Below are positions 25,796 to 34,192 of a DNA stretch of 34,192 nt, in pieces. Origin of the DNA: an uncultured euryarchaeote. Its GTDB lineage: Archaea > Thermoplasmatota > Poseidoniia > Poseidoniales > Poseidoniaceae. Location of the stretch: positions 1-34,192 of the forward strand of contig CALCOQ010000139.1 of assembly GCA_937897005.1 (NCBI GenBank), read 5' to 3'. The position numbers and the translations under genes were made by a program. Each line of letters begins with the position of its first letter. The stretch's first letter is position 1. The notes beneath the pieces were generated by a model. That model was given only the letters and a program-made list of their open reading frames with translations. It had not been told where the DNA came from and made no database searches.

Positions 25796-26821
25796 TCAGC
25801 GAGATGCAAGAGTCAGGTTCTTCCACATGTCTTCTGGAACTTCCATTGAAAGTCGCAATCCACCCATCGCTCCAAGGCGTACTGGGTCGTCGACAACGTG
25901 GACATTGACATCACCCAGATCCGAAAGTCGCTCTTCGATGAGTGCACCAAGTCCACGGATTCCAGAACCTCCACCGGCTAGAACCATGTTTTTACGAAAA
26001 GAATCATGATATTCGGGGTTTGAGGAGGCAACCAAACCTTTGATATGCTCGACGAGTGGGTCTATAATGCTCTCACAGGCAAATTGGATGCACTCGGTTA
26101 TGTCTAATGTCATGGCTTTTCCTTCGATGGAGAAATCAACCATCACGGGATCGTCTGGTTGCGATGCGCCGGTGAACGAATGCTCTTCCTTCCATCTGCG
26201 AGCCATGTCCTTTGTCACTTGTGCACCACTGTACTTGATCTGCACCTGTTCAATGATCTGATTGTCAATGTAATCTCCAGCATATTGGCTGTGTACCTGA
26301 TCGATTGGTTCAGGAATGGTTCCGTAAACACGACAGATATCTGCGGTTCCTGCACCGATATCTATGACCAAGGTGTGTTCAAGCATATCCAATGCATATG
26401 CGACAGCGAATGGCTCAGATATGATCATGCATGCATTGACAGTTCCTGCTGCGGCATCGAAGATGTAAGTCTTGTCGACATAGGATGCTTCGGCTGGAGC
26501 ACCAATGACTGCTACCACTCGGTCATAATCTTCTGGGTCTGATAATCCAATGAGGTGGGTGATGAAATGGGCGATGAATTCACGATCTTTCTGAGAATCC
26601 TTGATGACCCCATGTTCAAGGGGGCGGAAAAGATCCAAAGCCAAACGATTCTTCAAAGCATCTTCACCAAAAAGAACATCTCGCTTGAGGAAATTACGTG
26701 CGATATGGTCCTTCGGAGTACCAATAACGGTCAACTCTTCTTGCTCATGGTTTTCGCTCGATACCATCACTGATCTGAAGGTGCCAAGATCCACTCCGAT
26801 GTACAGTACTTTGTCAGCCAT
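25796..26821 (-). CDS. Actin-like ATPase, MamK-like
   Basis: IGVDLGT (phosphate 1), IGTPKDHIA, RPLEHGV, VIGAPAEAS, SEPFAVAY, IDIGAGTADIC (phosphate 2), LAGGGSGIRGL (adenosine), GGLRLSMEVPEDMW. GAGGG RBS. Confidence 0.88.
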   Translation of the reverse strand: MADKVLYIGVDLGTFRSVMVSSENHEQEELTVIGTPKDHIARNFLKRDVLFGEDALKNRLALDLFRPLEHGVIKDSQKDREFIAHFITHLIGLSDPEDYDRVVAVIGAPAEASYVDKTYIFDAAAGTVNACMIISEPFAVAYALDMLEHTLVIDIGAGTADICRVYGTIPEPIDQVHSQYAGDYIDNQIIEQVQIKYSGAQVTKDMARRWKEEHSFTGASQPDDPVMVDFSIEGKAMTLDITECIQFACESIIDPLVEHIKGLVASSNPEYHDSFRKNMVLAGGGSGIRGLGALIEERLSDLGDVNVHVVDDPVRLGAMGGLRLSMEVPEDMWKNLTLASR

Positions 26822-26891
26822 GCAGTTCCCTCAACCAATCGGACCTGAAGGCGACTTATGAAGCATACCACGTCAATTGCACAACTGGCAT

Positions 26892-27899
26892 TCAAATCCA
26901 ATTCTGACAATTTGAACAGTACCATGCAGAATACTCAGGATAGAGTTCGGCCATAGAGCCACAACCAGTGCATTCTTTCACAGCGCTTCCACCGAAAATA
27001 CTCATGACGATACGCACATGATCAGCATCACCAATACCTAATTGTTCGCGCATGGCCCACAGCATCTGGTCCTCACTAGGTGAGATGATTCCATCTTCAA
27101 GAACTATTTCTACTGCAGCTTGGTAATCCTCGATCATTCTGACATCACGAGCATCCATCGAAACACCACCCTTCTCAGCGATGATGTCTTGGCCACCAGG
27201 ATCATCAACAAAGATGACCAGGGATGCAGGGTTCAACTCAGAGTTCTTCATTTCAAACAGGACTCCCGAACCCTCACTTGAAGCATAAACATATTTGGAT
27301 AATCTGTTGATGATGCTTGCGATATTCCTAGCAGTATCCTCAATGGTTCTACCCCGTCTCCAACCCCGACTATCATCTTCATCGTAGCCATAGAATTCAG
27401 TGCCAAGACCCGGATATTCAAGTCTGATCTCTTCTCCACCATCGAACTCATTATTCAACAAGGTGATCGATGCAACTACTGTATTACCAATATTGTCATC
27501 ATCATCAAAGGAAATCATCAGCGGCTTTCGCTCTTCACTGGCCACATTGAAAGTTCCTTGCAACCCACTCATCCACTTGTCCTCCAAACGCTGAAGGCTG
27601 GCCTCCTGTTCCTTAGACAGGTCCTTGTTGATTCCAAGAACACCTCGTAATTGTCCACTTTCCATCTCTTGCTGGAATTCATCGATCAATTCAGCATCCC
27701 GACGATGATTGGGAGGAGGGCCCGTTTTTGTCTGAACATGGTCTGGATCTCTCCATTCATAGGAACATTTGGAACATATAAAAAAACCTTCCAGAGAAGA
27801 GGGGTCTGCCTCTCCTCTACAACGTGGACAATCGCCCTCTTCATCCACGTTCAGGTTCTCGCCTGCAGCCTTTCTACCACGCCGGATACCCATTCCCAT
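26892..27899 (-). CDS. Hypothetical protein with N- and C-terminal Zn ribbons and a TerB-like helical segment
   Basis: CPRC..CSKC at the N-terminus, CTGC..WYCSNC at the C-terminus, and VLEDGIISPSEDQMLWAMREQLGI. Start moved to ATG 27899 (or 27893) to avoid overlap with thiolase. Confidence 0.8.
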   Translation of the reverse strand: MGMGIRRGRKAAGENLNVDEEGDCPRCRGEADPSSLEGFFICSKCSYEWRDPDHVQTKTGPPPNHRRDAELIDEFQQEMESGQLRGVLGINKDLSKEQEASLQRLEDKWMSGLQGTFNVASEERKPLMISFDDDDNIGNTVVASITLLNNEFDGGEEIRLEYPGLGTEFYGYDEDDSRGWRRGRTIEDTARNIASIINRLSKYVYASSEGSGVLFEMKNSELNPASLVIFVDDPGGQDIIAEKGGVSMDARDVRMIEDYQAAVEIVLEDGIISPSEDQMLWAMREQLGIGDADHVRIVMSIFGGSAVKECTGCGSMAELYPEYSAWYCSNCQNWI

Positions 27900-27948
27900 A
27901 TTATTGGCAGAAATGGCAACGCCAAAGAAGGTTTGCAAGAAGTAGAGG

Positions 27949-29088
27949 TCAAATCTTCTGCAGTATGGTGGAAATACCCATCCCTCCACCGATACACATG
28001 CTGGCCAAGGCATACTCTCCCCCAAGCCTGTCCAACAAAGATGCTGCTTTGCCAGTTATTCTAGCGCCACTGGCACCCAAAGGGTGGCCGATGGCCAATG
28101 CGCCACCATCAATATTCAATCGTTCATCATCATCGGAAACGCCTAGATCGTCAATCACTGCCAATGATTGCGCAGAAAAAGCCTCATTGAGTTCAATGAC
28201 GTCGATATCGTCCAAATTCAATCCTGCTCTAGCGAGAGCCTTGTTTGATGCTGGGACTGGACCAATGCCCATGATGTCCGGTGGAACTCCTGCGACTGCG
28301 GTAGAAATGATTCGAGCCATTGGCCGGATTCCTCTGCTCTCGGCGTATTCCTCGGAACAGATGACCGTGAATGCTGCACCATCAGTCAAGGGAGAAGAAG
28401 TGGCGGCTGTGACTGAACCATCCTTGAGGAAGGCCGGAGATAAAGAAGCCATCATCTCCAATGTGGTATCAGCCCGAATGCATCCATCAGCAGACACAGA
28501 TATTCCATCATCTGAAATACTGATCAATTCATTATCGAAAAAACCAGACTCCTTTGCAGATGCTGCCTTCTGATGGCTTCTGAGAGCGAATTCCTCCTGC
28601 CTTGGTCGATCTATGGAATGTGAACGAGCAAGATTTTCTGCAGTCAGCCCCATGTTGATGTAAGCATCAGGATAATCTGCTTCAATAGTTGGATGTAGAT
28701 CCCTGCTCCAACCGCCACGTTTCACTAAAGACATCGTTTCTACACCTCCGCAAAGAAAAACCTCTCCTGATCCAATAGCGATGGCACCAGTAGCATCGTG
28801 GATTGATTGCATGGATGAGCCGCATAGGCGGTTGGTGGTGACTCCCGGGACGCTGGAGGGTAATCCACTGAGATAGGTGACCATCCGTCCGAGGTTCAAC
28901 CCTTGAACCCCTTCGGGATAAGCACATCCAAGCATCAGATCCTCAATATCTTCAATCTCCACTCCGCTCTGCGCAATTGCCTGTTCAATCACTTGCGAGG
29001 CCATATCCTCGGGTCTGACTGCCGCCAGGGCACCCTTGTGAGCTCGATGGAATGGCGAGCGCACATAGCCGATGATGACTGCGCCCAT
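27949..29088 (-). CDS. Thiolase (acetyl-CoA C-acyltransferase)
   Basis: NRLCGSSMQ (catalytic Cys), GGVETMS, MGLTAE, DGAA, MGIGP, ELNEAF, GHPLGASG, MCIGGGMG. Likely start ATG 29088. Confidence 0.95.
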   Translation of the reverse strand: MGAVIIGYVRSPFHRAHKGALAAVRPEDMASQVIEQAIAQSGVEIEDIEDLMLGCAYPEGVQGLNLGRMVTYLSGLPSSVPGVTTNRLCGSSMQSIHDATGAIAIGSGEVFLCGGVETMSLVKRGGWSRDLHPTIEADYPDAYINMGLTAENLARSHSIDRPRQEEFALRSHQKAASAKESGFFDNELISISDDGISVSADGCIRADTTLEMMASLSPAFLKDGSVTAATSSPLTDGAAFTVICSEEYAESRGIRPMARIISTAVAGVPPDIMGIGPVPASNKALARAGLNLDDIDVIELNEAFSAQSLAVIDDLGVSDDDERLNIDGGALAIGHPLGASGARITGKAASLLDRLGGEYALASMCIGGGMGISTILQKI

Positions 29089-29179
29089 GAGCAATCGAGA
29101 AGGTGTAGGCTGTTCAACATCACGGTCATTCAAACCGTTCAGGTTATGAACGGATGTCGGGTGGGCGGCTTCGATTCAT

Positions 29180-29860
29180 ATGCTACGACAATGCAGAGCG
29201 CACGGATACTACGAGGGTCAGAACTGCCCGGTATGCAACGAAGAAGGTAAATTCATCATGAGTGAAAGAGAGAAGAACGGAATCGGCCGATTGATGGCTG
29301 GCGTGCTTCGTCATTTTCCAGAAAAGTTCAATCTGCAGATGGATATCAACGGCTGGGTCAGCTGCAATGCATTGTGTGATTCATTCAAAGAAGCCAGGCA
29401 TTACTACCATTGGTTGCGGCCTTGGCATTTTGAAGCAATCTCTTCTGCAGAAGCCAAAGGCCGATATCAGGTAGAGGGCGAAATGGTCAGGGCGACATAT
29501 GGGCACAGTGTGGAGATTGAACTGGATCTTCCAACCGATGACATTCCTGAAGTTCTCTATTACCCCTGTTCGGAAGAGGACCTTGCGAATCATCTAGAGT
29601 TAGGCATCAAAGCAGCGGACCGCCAGCATGTGCATCTTTCGAAGACCATAGCGAATGCAATGGAAGCCGGACATGTGCGTATTCACCGGCCCAGAATTCT
29701 AGAGGTTGATACTGAACGCGCCATAGACGATGGAAATACTATTTACCGTGCTGGGACCACTGTTTATCTCTGCGAAGACATTCCCAGTGATTATCTGGAA
29801 GTCCTGCCTGAAGATGACCAGATGATAACAGAAATCATCATGTTATGGGAAGAGGAATGA
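29180..29860 (+). CDS. kptA: RNA 2'-phosphotransferase (KptA/Tpt1) with N-terminal Zn-binding extension
   Basis: LRHFP, GWV, KGRY, RATYGHS, RQHVHLS, plus N-terminal CxxH-x7-CxxC. Confidence 0.93.
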   Translation: MLRQCRAHGYYEGQNCPVCNEEGKFIMSEREKNGIGRLMAGVLRHFPEKFNLQMDINGWVSCNALCDSFKEARHYYHWLRPWHFEAISSAEAKGRYQVEGEMVRATYGHSVEIELDLPTDDIPEVLYYPCSEEDLANHLELGIKAADRQHVHLSKTIANAMEAGHVRIHRPRILEVDTERAIDDGNTIYRAGTTVYLCEDIPSDYLEVLPEDDQMITEIIMLWEEE

Positions 29861-30193
29861 TCACTGAAACTTTCCGCATGATACGCAGAATTCCATATCG
29901 CCATCCAATGGTTCCTCACAGAATGAACAGTTGTCGGCGCCTCCTTGGGCAGATTTCCTCTGAATGGTATCAGAAGTGGCAATCAACCTCACAGCCTTCT
30001 CCAATTCTACTGGGTCGTCACCCGCATCCTTCAGTTCCTTCCAGCGGTAATTGAAAGCAATGGCCTCTTGGATGGCTGACTCTATCTGTAGACGTCGCCT
30101 ATCACGTTCAACAGGGTCACTGATTTCATCACTCTTCTCCAACTCTGTCTGAAGATGCCGTTGGAACTCATCCACTGTAGGATGTTCGCCCAT
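29861..30193 (-). CDS. Hypothetical helical protein with C-terminal Zn ribbon
   Basis: 110 aa of charged helices ending in CSFC-x9-CVSCG. Fills the gap between kptA and ipk. Confidence 0.75.
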   Translation of the reverse strand: MGEHPTVDEFQRHLQTELEKSDEISDPVERDRRRLQIESAIQEAIAFNYRWKELKDAGDDPVELEKAVRLIATSDTIQRKSAQGGADNCSFCEEPLDGDMEFCVSCGKFQ

Positions 30194-30265
30194 GAGTGGG
30201 CCAATAGGGATTCAGTCTTCAGACCACCGGCGAATGACTTTGAGGAACAATCCCATGCGGAGTAC

Positions 30266-31057
30266 ATGGAAGGCCGACGGGTTCTCATCAAACTAGGAGG
30301 TGGATTGATCACGTTCAAGGATGAACCATGCAAGGTGCGTTCAGATATTCTCACTGCATGTGCTGAAAGAATCTCCAATATCGTTGAAATGGGATGGAGG
30401 CCGATAATTGTTCACGGTGCTGGTGGATTCGGGCACTTGAGAGCCAAGCAATATTCCTTGAGTTCGGGAAGGGATGAGATGATTGCAGGGCAGGATGAAG
30501 CGGTGGAATTGGTCAGAAAAGAAATGCTTGATCTCAATTCTCAAGTCTGCAAAGCACTCATCGATGTGGGATTGAAGGTTTCCTCCCATCCTCCGCATAC
30601 ATGGTCTAGAGGTACAGGGCAGGGTCTTGTCGGCTCATTGCAGCGTTTTGAAGCCGATGATGGAGTCATCCCCATCACCTATGGGGATGTCAATGACTGC
30701 GATGGGCCGGAAGGTTTCGGAATCTTATCTGGTGATCATCTAATGGAGAGGTTGGCCACCATAGAGGGAGTATCCAAGGCTATTTTCGCACTGTTTGGGG
30801 TTGATGGAGTCATGTCCACTCCTCCCGATTCGGAGCAGCAAGGCATCCTACTGGAGAAAATTGACTCAGAGAGTGATTTCATTGCTTCACATGATTCCAA
30901 GATTGATGTCACTGGGGGTATTACTCTCAAAGTTGCATGTGCCAGAAGAATGGCTGCAGGTGGAATAGATGTGTGGATGGTGAATGGCGAGTATCCAGAC
31001 CGGATTGTCGACTCCTTGTTGCAGACAGGCACTATTGGAACCAATGTCATCGGTTGA
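30266..31057 (+). CDS. ipk: Isopentenyl phosphate kinase (amino-acid-kinase family)
   Basis: IKLGGGLITFK, VHGAGGFGH (IPK His), YGDV, ILSGD, VDGV, DVTGGI..K. Adjacent to IDI/GGPPS. Start moved to ATG 30266. Confidence 0.9.
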   Translation: MEGRRVLIKLGGGLITFKDEPCKVRSDILTACAERISNIVEMGWRPIIVHGAGGFGHLRAKQYSLSSGRDEMIAGQDEAVELVRKEMLDLNSQVCKALIDVGLKVSSHPPHTWSRGTGQGLVGSLQRFEADDGVIPITYGDVNDCDGPEGFGILSGDHLMERLATIEGVSKAIFALFGVDGVMSTPPDSEQQGILLEKIDSESDFIASHDSKIDVTGGITLKVACARRMAAGGIDVWMVNGEYPDRIVDSLLQTGTIGTNVIG

Positions 31058-31118
31058 GTATATTCGATTGACGGACCATGTTTTATGTTGAGTACCCATG
31101 CGAATGATGGGCATAGTC

Positions 31119-32861
31119 ATGGTGGATTGGGAATCAACTGAATCGCACCCGCTACAAGCGCATGATTCAGCCCAAGCAGCTATGATGGAAGAGTTCGTCA
31201 TACAGGTGGATGAACTTGATAACAGGGTTGGAGGACAAACCAAACTGACTGCTCATCATGGTGCTGGAGCCCTCCATCGAGCCTTCTCTGTGCTGGTGTT
31301 CGATTCAAACGACAGACTATTGCTGCAGAAACGCTCTTCTGACAAGATAACATTTCCCGGTGTATGGGCCAATTCCTGCTGTTCTCATCCATTGGACAAT
31401 GATACTGAGAGAGGAGGTTTTCATTGCTCTATCCTAGCAGCGATCAGGAAGATGGAACAGGAACTCGGGGTTGATCCTTCAACATTGGCAGTGGATGATT
31501 TTACAGCTGCCTCTAGGATGTTGTATTGGTCGCGCAGTGATGACGAATGGGTGGAGAAGGAACTGGATCATATTCTCATTCTACGCAAAGACATCAGTTG
31601 CAGTCCGAATCCTAACGAAATCGAAGAATTGCGGTGGTTCGGCAGAGATGAGTTTGAAGCATTCATGAAATCTTTCAATGCAGACGATTCACAAACACAG
31701 AATGGTGAACAGAAAGTCATCGCTCCGTGGTTCAAATTGATCGTGGACAACCTTCTCAGTGATTGGTGGGATGATCTCGGCTCTATCACTGATGATGGTA
31801 AGATACATTGTTTCGGAAGACTGGATCTGGGCGAATTTGAGAAGCCAGAACCTGAGAATCTGGATGCTGCTATTTCCAGATGCAGGCCAAAGGTTGAGAG
31901 GATAATCATGGATGCCCTGTCGAAGAGTGGAGTTGGCCGTTTACGTCGAGCCATGATACATCTATTGGAAGGTGGAGGGAAAAGAGTAAGAGCTACTATT
32001 CCAAGACTTGTTGGGGAAGCACTCGAGACTGGTCGGAGTGATTACTCTGAGCATGAATTGGTTGGTGCTTCTTTGGAGATCATTCATAATTTCACATTGG
32101 TGCATGATGATATCATGGATGATGATGATATTAGACGCGGTAGGCCATCAGTCCATGTAGAATATGACATGCCAACCGCCATCAATGCTGGTGATGCAAT
32201 GCTGGCGATAGGTTTTGAGATACTAGTTGGAGAACCAGGTGAGTTGGATGGTATCGGGGCAAGGCATCTAGAGCAGGTGGTTAGAGCCATTTCGGGAATG
32301 GTCAGAGGAGTTTCCGAGGGCCAACAACTCGATATCGCCTTTGAGAATGAAGAGAATGTCGGGACTCAGGAATACCTTCGGATGATTGAAGGTAAAACTG
32401 CTATTATGTTCAAAACCGCAGCAGAACTAGGGGCGCTACTCAGCGACTCCAGCCAAGATATCATCGACATATGCTCTAGGTGGGGCAGAGAGATGGGGAT
32501 GTGCTTCCAACTGATGGATGATCTGATCGATGTTCTAAGTGATGGTGAGACATTAGGCAAACCAAGAGGAAGTGACATCGCTCAAGGAAAGAGGACTTTG
32601 ATGGTATTACATGCTCTTGAACAGGGAGGTGATGATGCAAAAACTCTCAACTCCATCCTTGGTAATGGTGAGTCTGCAACTCAGGAAGATATCGATACTG
32701 CAATAGTCATTCTGAAAAGGTGTGGCTCTATTGAACACGCCAGAGAAATGGCTGCTTCCCATCATCAAGCAGCCCATGCTGCTCTGGACGAATTGCCATT
32801 CTGGGTAGAATTGACTGCCCTGAGGGAACTTACTGACTGGCAAGTCAGGAGAATATCATGA
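31119..32861 (+). CDS. idi/idsA: Fusion of type-1 (Nudix) isopentenyl-diphosphate isomerase and geranylgeranyl diphosphate synthase
   Basis: N-half: LHRAFSV, QKRS..KITFPGVWANSCCSHPL, EKELDH, PWFKLI. C-half: GGKRVR, HNFTLVHDDIMD..RRG, AINAGD, GQQLD, KTA, FQLMDDLID, GKPRGSDI..GK. One uninterrupted ORF. Start is ATG 31119 or 31098. Confidence 0.93.
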   Translation: MVDWESTESHPLQAHDSAQAAMMEEFVIQVDELDNRVGGQTKLTAHHGAGALHRAFSVLVFDSNDRLLLQKRSSDKITFPGVWANSCCSHPLDNDTERGGFHCSILAAIRKMEQELGVDPSTLAVDDFTAASRMLYWSRSDDEWVEKELDHILILRKDISCSPNPNEIEELRWFGRDEFEAFMKSFNADDSQTQNGEQKVIAPWFKLIVDNLLSDWWDDLGSITDDGKIHCFGRLDLGEFEKPEPENLDAAISRCRPKVERIIMDALSKSGVGRLRRAMIHLLEGGGKRVRATIPRLVGEALETGRSDYSEHELVGASLEIIHNFTLVHDDIMDDDDIRRGRPSVHVEYDMPTAINAGDAMLAIGFEILVGEPGELDGIGARHLEQVVRAISGMVRGVSEGQQLDIAFENEENVGTQEYLRMIEGKTAIMFKTAAELGALLSDSSQDIIDICSRWGREMGMCFQLMDDLIDVLSDGETLGKPRGSDIAQGKRTLMVLHALEQGGDDAKTLNSILGNGESATQEDIDTAIVILKRCGSIEHAREMAASHHQAAHAALDELPFWVELTALRELTDWQVRRIS

Positions 32862-32886
32862 TGCTGAGTTGAAAGACTCAGAATCA
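32859..32886. terminator. Hairpin between convergent genes, candidate bidirectional terminator
   Basis: TGAT-G-CTGAGTT-GAAA-GACTCAG-A-ATCA: a 6-bp stem plus G-U pair and GAAA loop, extended by the two stop codons. No U-tract. Confidence 0.4.
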
Positions 32887-34192
32887 ATCGGTGTAATACT
32901 CTTCATCGGGAACATCTGCTTTGAGACCCTTCCTTTGGCGAATTTTCCCAACTGTCTTCTCGAACAGTTGAGGGGGTAGAATATCAAATCCACAGTTCTC
33001 GCTGTTCCACACAGCACGTCCTTGACTTGCAGCTCGGATATCGTTTGAGAAGCCAAAGGTTTCAGCAACTGGAACTGTTCCGACCACAGTAGTGACCTCT
33101 CCATCAGCAGGCATATCTTCAATCACTCCGCGCCTGTTCGATATCTCTCTTGAGACTCCACCCAACCAGTCATTAGGAACGCTGACGAACATCTTCTGCA
33201 TCGGCTCCATGATAACCGGACGTGCTCTTAGACAAGCACCCTTGATTGAATTGCGTACGGCTGGTATGGTCTGGGCAGGGCCACGGTGAATTGCGTCCTC
33301 GTGCAACTTCGCATCGACAAGACGGATAAACATCCCCATCATGGGTTCTTCAGCGATTGGACCACGCTTACAGACAGCATTGAAAGCCTCGATTATCAAT
33401 TCTCGAGTCTCGTGTAGATTCTGAATTCCCTTGGTATCATTGACGAGAACATTGGTTCCATTGATGGCATATATCTTACGCATCAGATCCCTGTCCATTC
33501 CATCGAATTCTCCGAACTTGTTTCCTACTTCCTTGGCATCCTTGTTGCGAACGGTTCCATTTCCGAAATGTCCTTCTCTGAGTGCCTGTATGACTTCCAG
33601 AGGAAATTTCTCAACCTCTACGTAGAACCTGTTGTGCCGGTTTGGAGACTTTCCTTCAAATGCATGTCCTTTGTTATGGGACTCTACCGACTCGCGGTAA
33701 ACGACGATCGGTTCGCTGACCTTGACCTTGATTCCCTGTTCCTCCTCGATTCTGTAGGTAGTGATCTCAAGATGTAACTCACCCATTCCAGCCAATAGTG
33801 CTTCACCGGTCTCTTGGTTGGTAGTGACTACGAGACTGGCATCAGCCTTGGCCAGAGAGCGTAGAGCATCAATGAACTTGGGTAGGTCCTTCATCGACCG
33901 AGGCTCAACAGCAACTGTGACGACTGGTTCGGAATAGTGGCGAATCGCTTCGAATGGCGTGAAGTCCTTATCTCGTGAGATGGTTACTCCAGCAGCTGCT
34001 GAACGGATTCCGGTCAATGCTGCGATATTTCCTGCTACTACTGAGGGTACCGAGATGCGGTCACTGCCGACCATCATGCTGACTTGTTGTACTCTTTCGG
34101 CCTTAATTGCACCTAGAGCCCATACACTCTCTCCTTGAGTGACGACTCCGGAATAGATTCGTCCCACTGCAACCTCCCCTGCATGTGGATCC
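32884..34192 (-). CDS. fusA: Archaeal translation elongation factor 2 (5'-truncated by window edge)
   Basis: DPHAGEVAVGRIYSG, EPVVTVAVEP, GMGELHLE, PIVVYRES, KSPNRHNRF, LHEDAIHRGPAQ (diphthamide His), FGFSNDIR. The frame stays open to the window end. Confidence 0.97.
   Translation of the reverse strand, partial: DPHAGEVAVGRIYSGVVTQGESVWALGAIKAERVQQVSMMVGSDRISVPSVVAGNIAALTGIRSAAAGVTISRDKDFTPFEAIRHYSEPVVTVAVEPRSMKDLPKFIDALRSLAKADASLVVTTNQETGEALLAGMGELHLEITTYRIEEEQGIKVKVSEPIVVYRESVESHNKGHAFEGKSPNRHNRFYVEVEKFPLEVIQALREGHFGNGTVRNKDAKEVGNKFGEFDGMDRDLMRKIYAINGTNVLVNDTKGIQNLHETRELIIEAFNAVCKRGPIAEEPMMGMFIRLVDAKLHEDAIHRGPAQTIPAVRNSIKGACLRARPVIMEPMQKMFVSVPNDWLGGVSREISNRRGVIEDMPADGEVTTVVGTVPVAETFGFSNDIRAASQGRAVWNSENCGFDILPPQLFEKTVGKIRQRKGLKADVPDEEYYTD

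Noticed and set aside
25796-26821. Magnetosome island or magnetotaxis
   Set aside because: No mamA/B/E/M/Q-like genes are in the window, and the context is housekeeping. A MamK-like actin alone is not evidence of magnetosomes.
2304-31118. tRNA, ncRNA or riboswitch in intergenic gaps
   Set aside because: All gaps are under about 150 bp, and I saw no cloverleaf, T-loop (GTTCRA in stem context) or recognisable riboswitch. A covariance-model search would be needed to exclude small RNAs.
1-34192. Window begins with AGCTT (HindIII-like end) and ends with GGATCC (BamHI)
   Set aside because: This may reflect a clone boundary or chance. Both sites also occur internally (e.g. 24301 and 25193), and there is no biological implication.

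Overview
Gene-dense archaeal chromosomal segment with 29 CDSs. I found no rRNA, tRNA, CRISPR array or mobile element. The archaeal-type EF-2, PriS, ProRS, MetRS, isopentenyl phosphate kinase and GGPP synthase, together with several low-complexity and Zn-ribbon orphans, suggest a marine Thermoplasmatota such as Marine Group II/Poseidoniales (inference, not a database result). The genes are metG, a CNNM/CBS protein, a minus-strand run (mqnD, half-length DOHH-like, Zn-finger, priS, Pro-rich, RDD-like, alpha/beta hydrolase), a membrane-anchored WD40 protein, mqnA, mqnE, a P-type ATPase, an OPT transporter, split transketolase plus transaldolase, proS, coaBC, a MamK-like actin flanked by Zn-ribbon proteins, thiolase, kptA, ipk, a type-1 IDI/GGPP synthase fusion and the 3' part of EF-2. 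The best lead is a 161-aa protein that looks like exactly one half of eukaryotic deoxyhypusine hydroxylase, carrying signatures of both halves; it may be a homodimeric archaeal aIF5A hydroxylase. The second lead is a MamK-type actin with no magnetosome genes nearby, directly downstream of a double-Zn-ribbon protein. All family assignments come from recalled motifs, not from searches.
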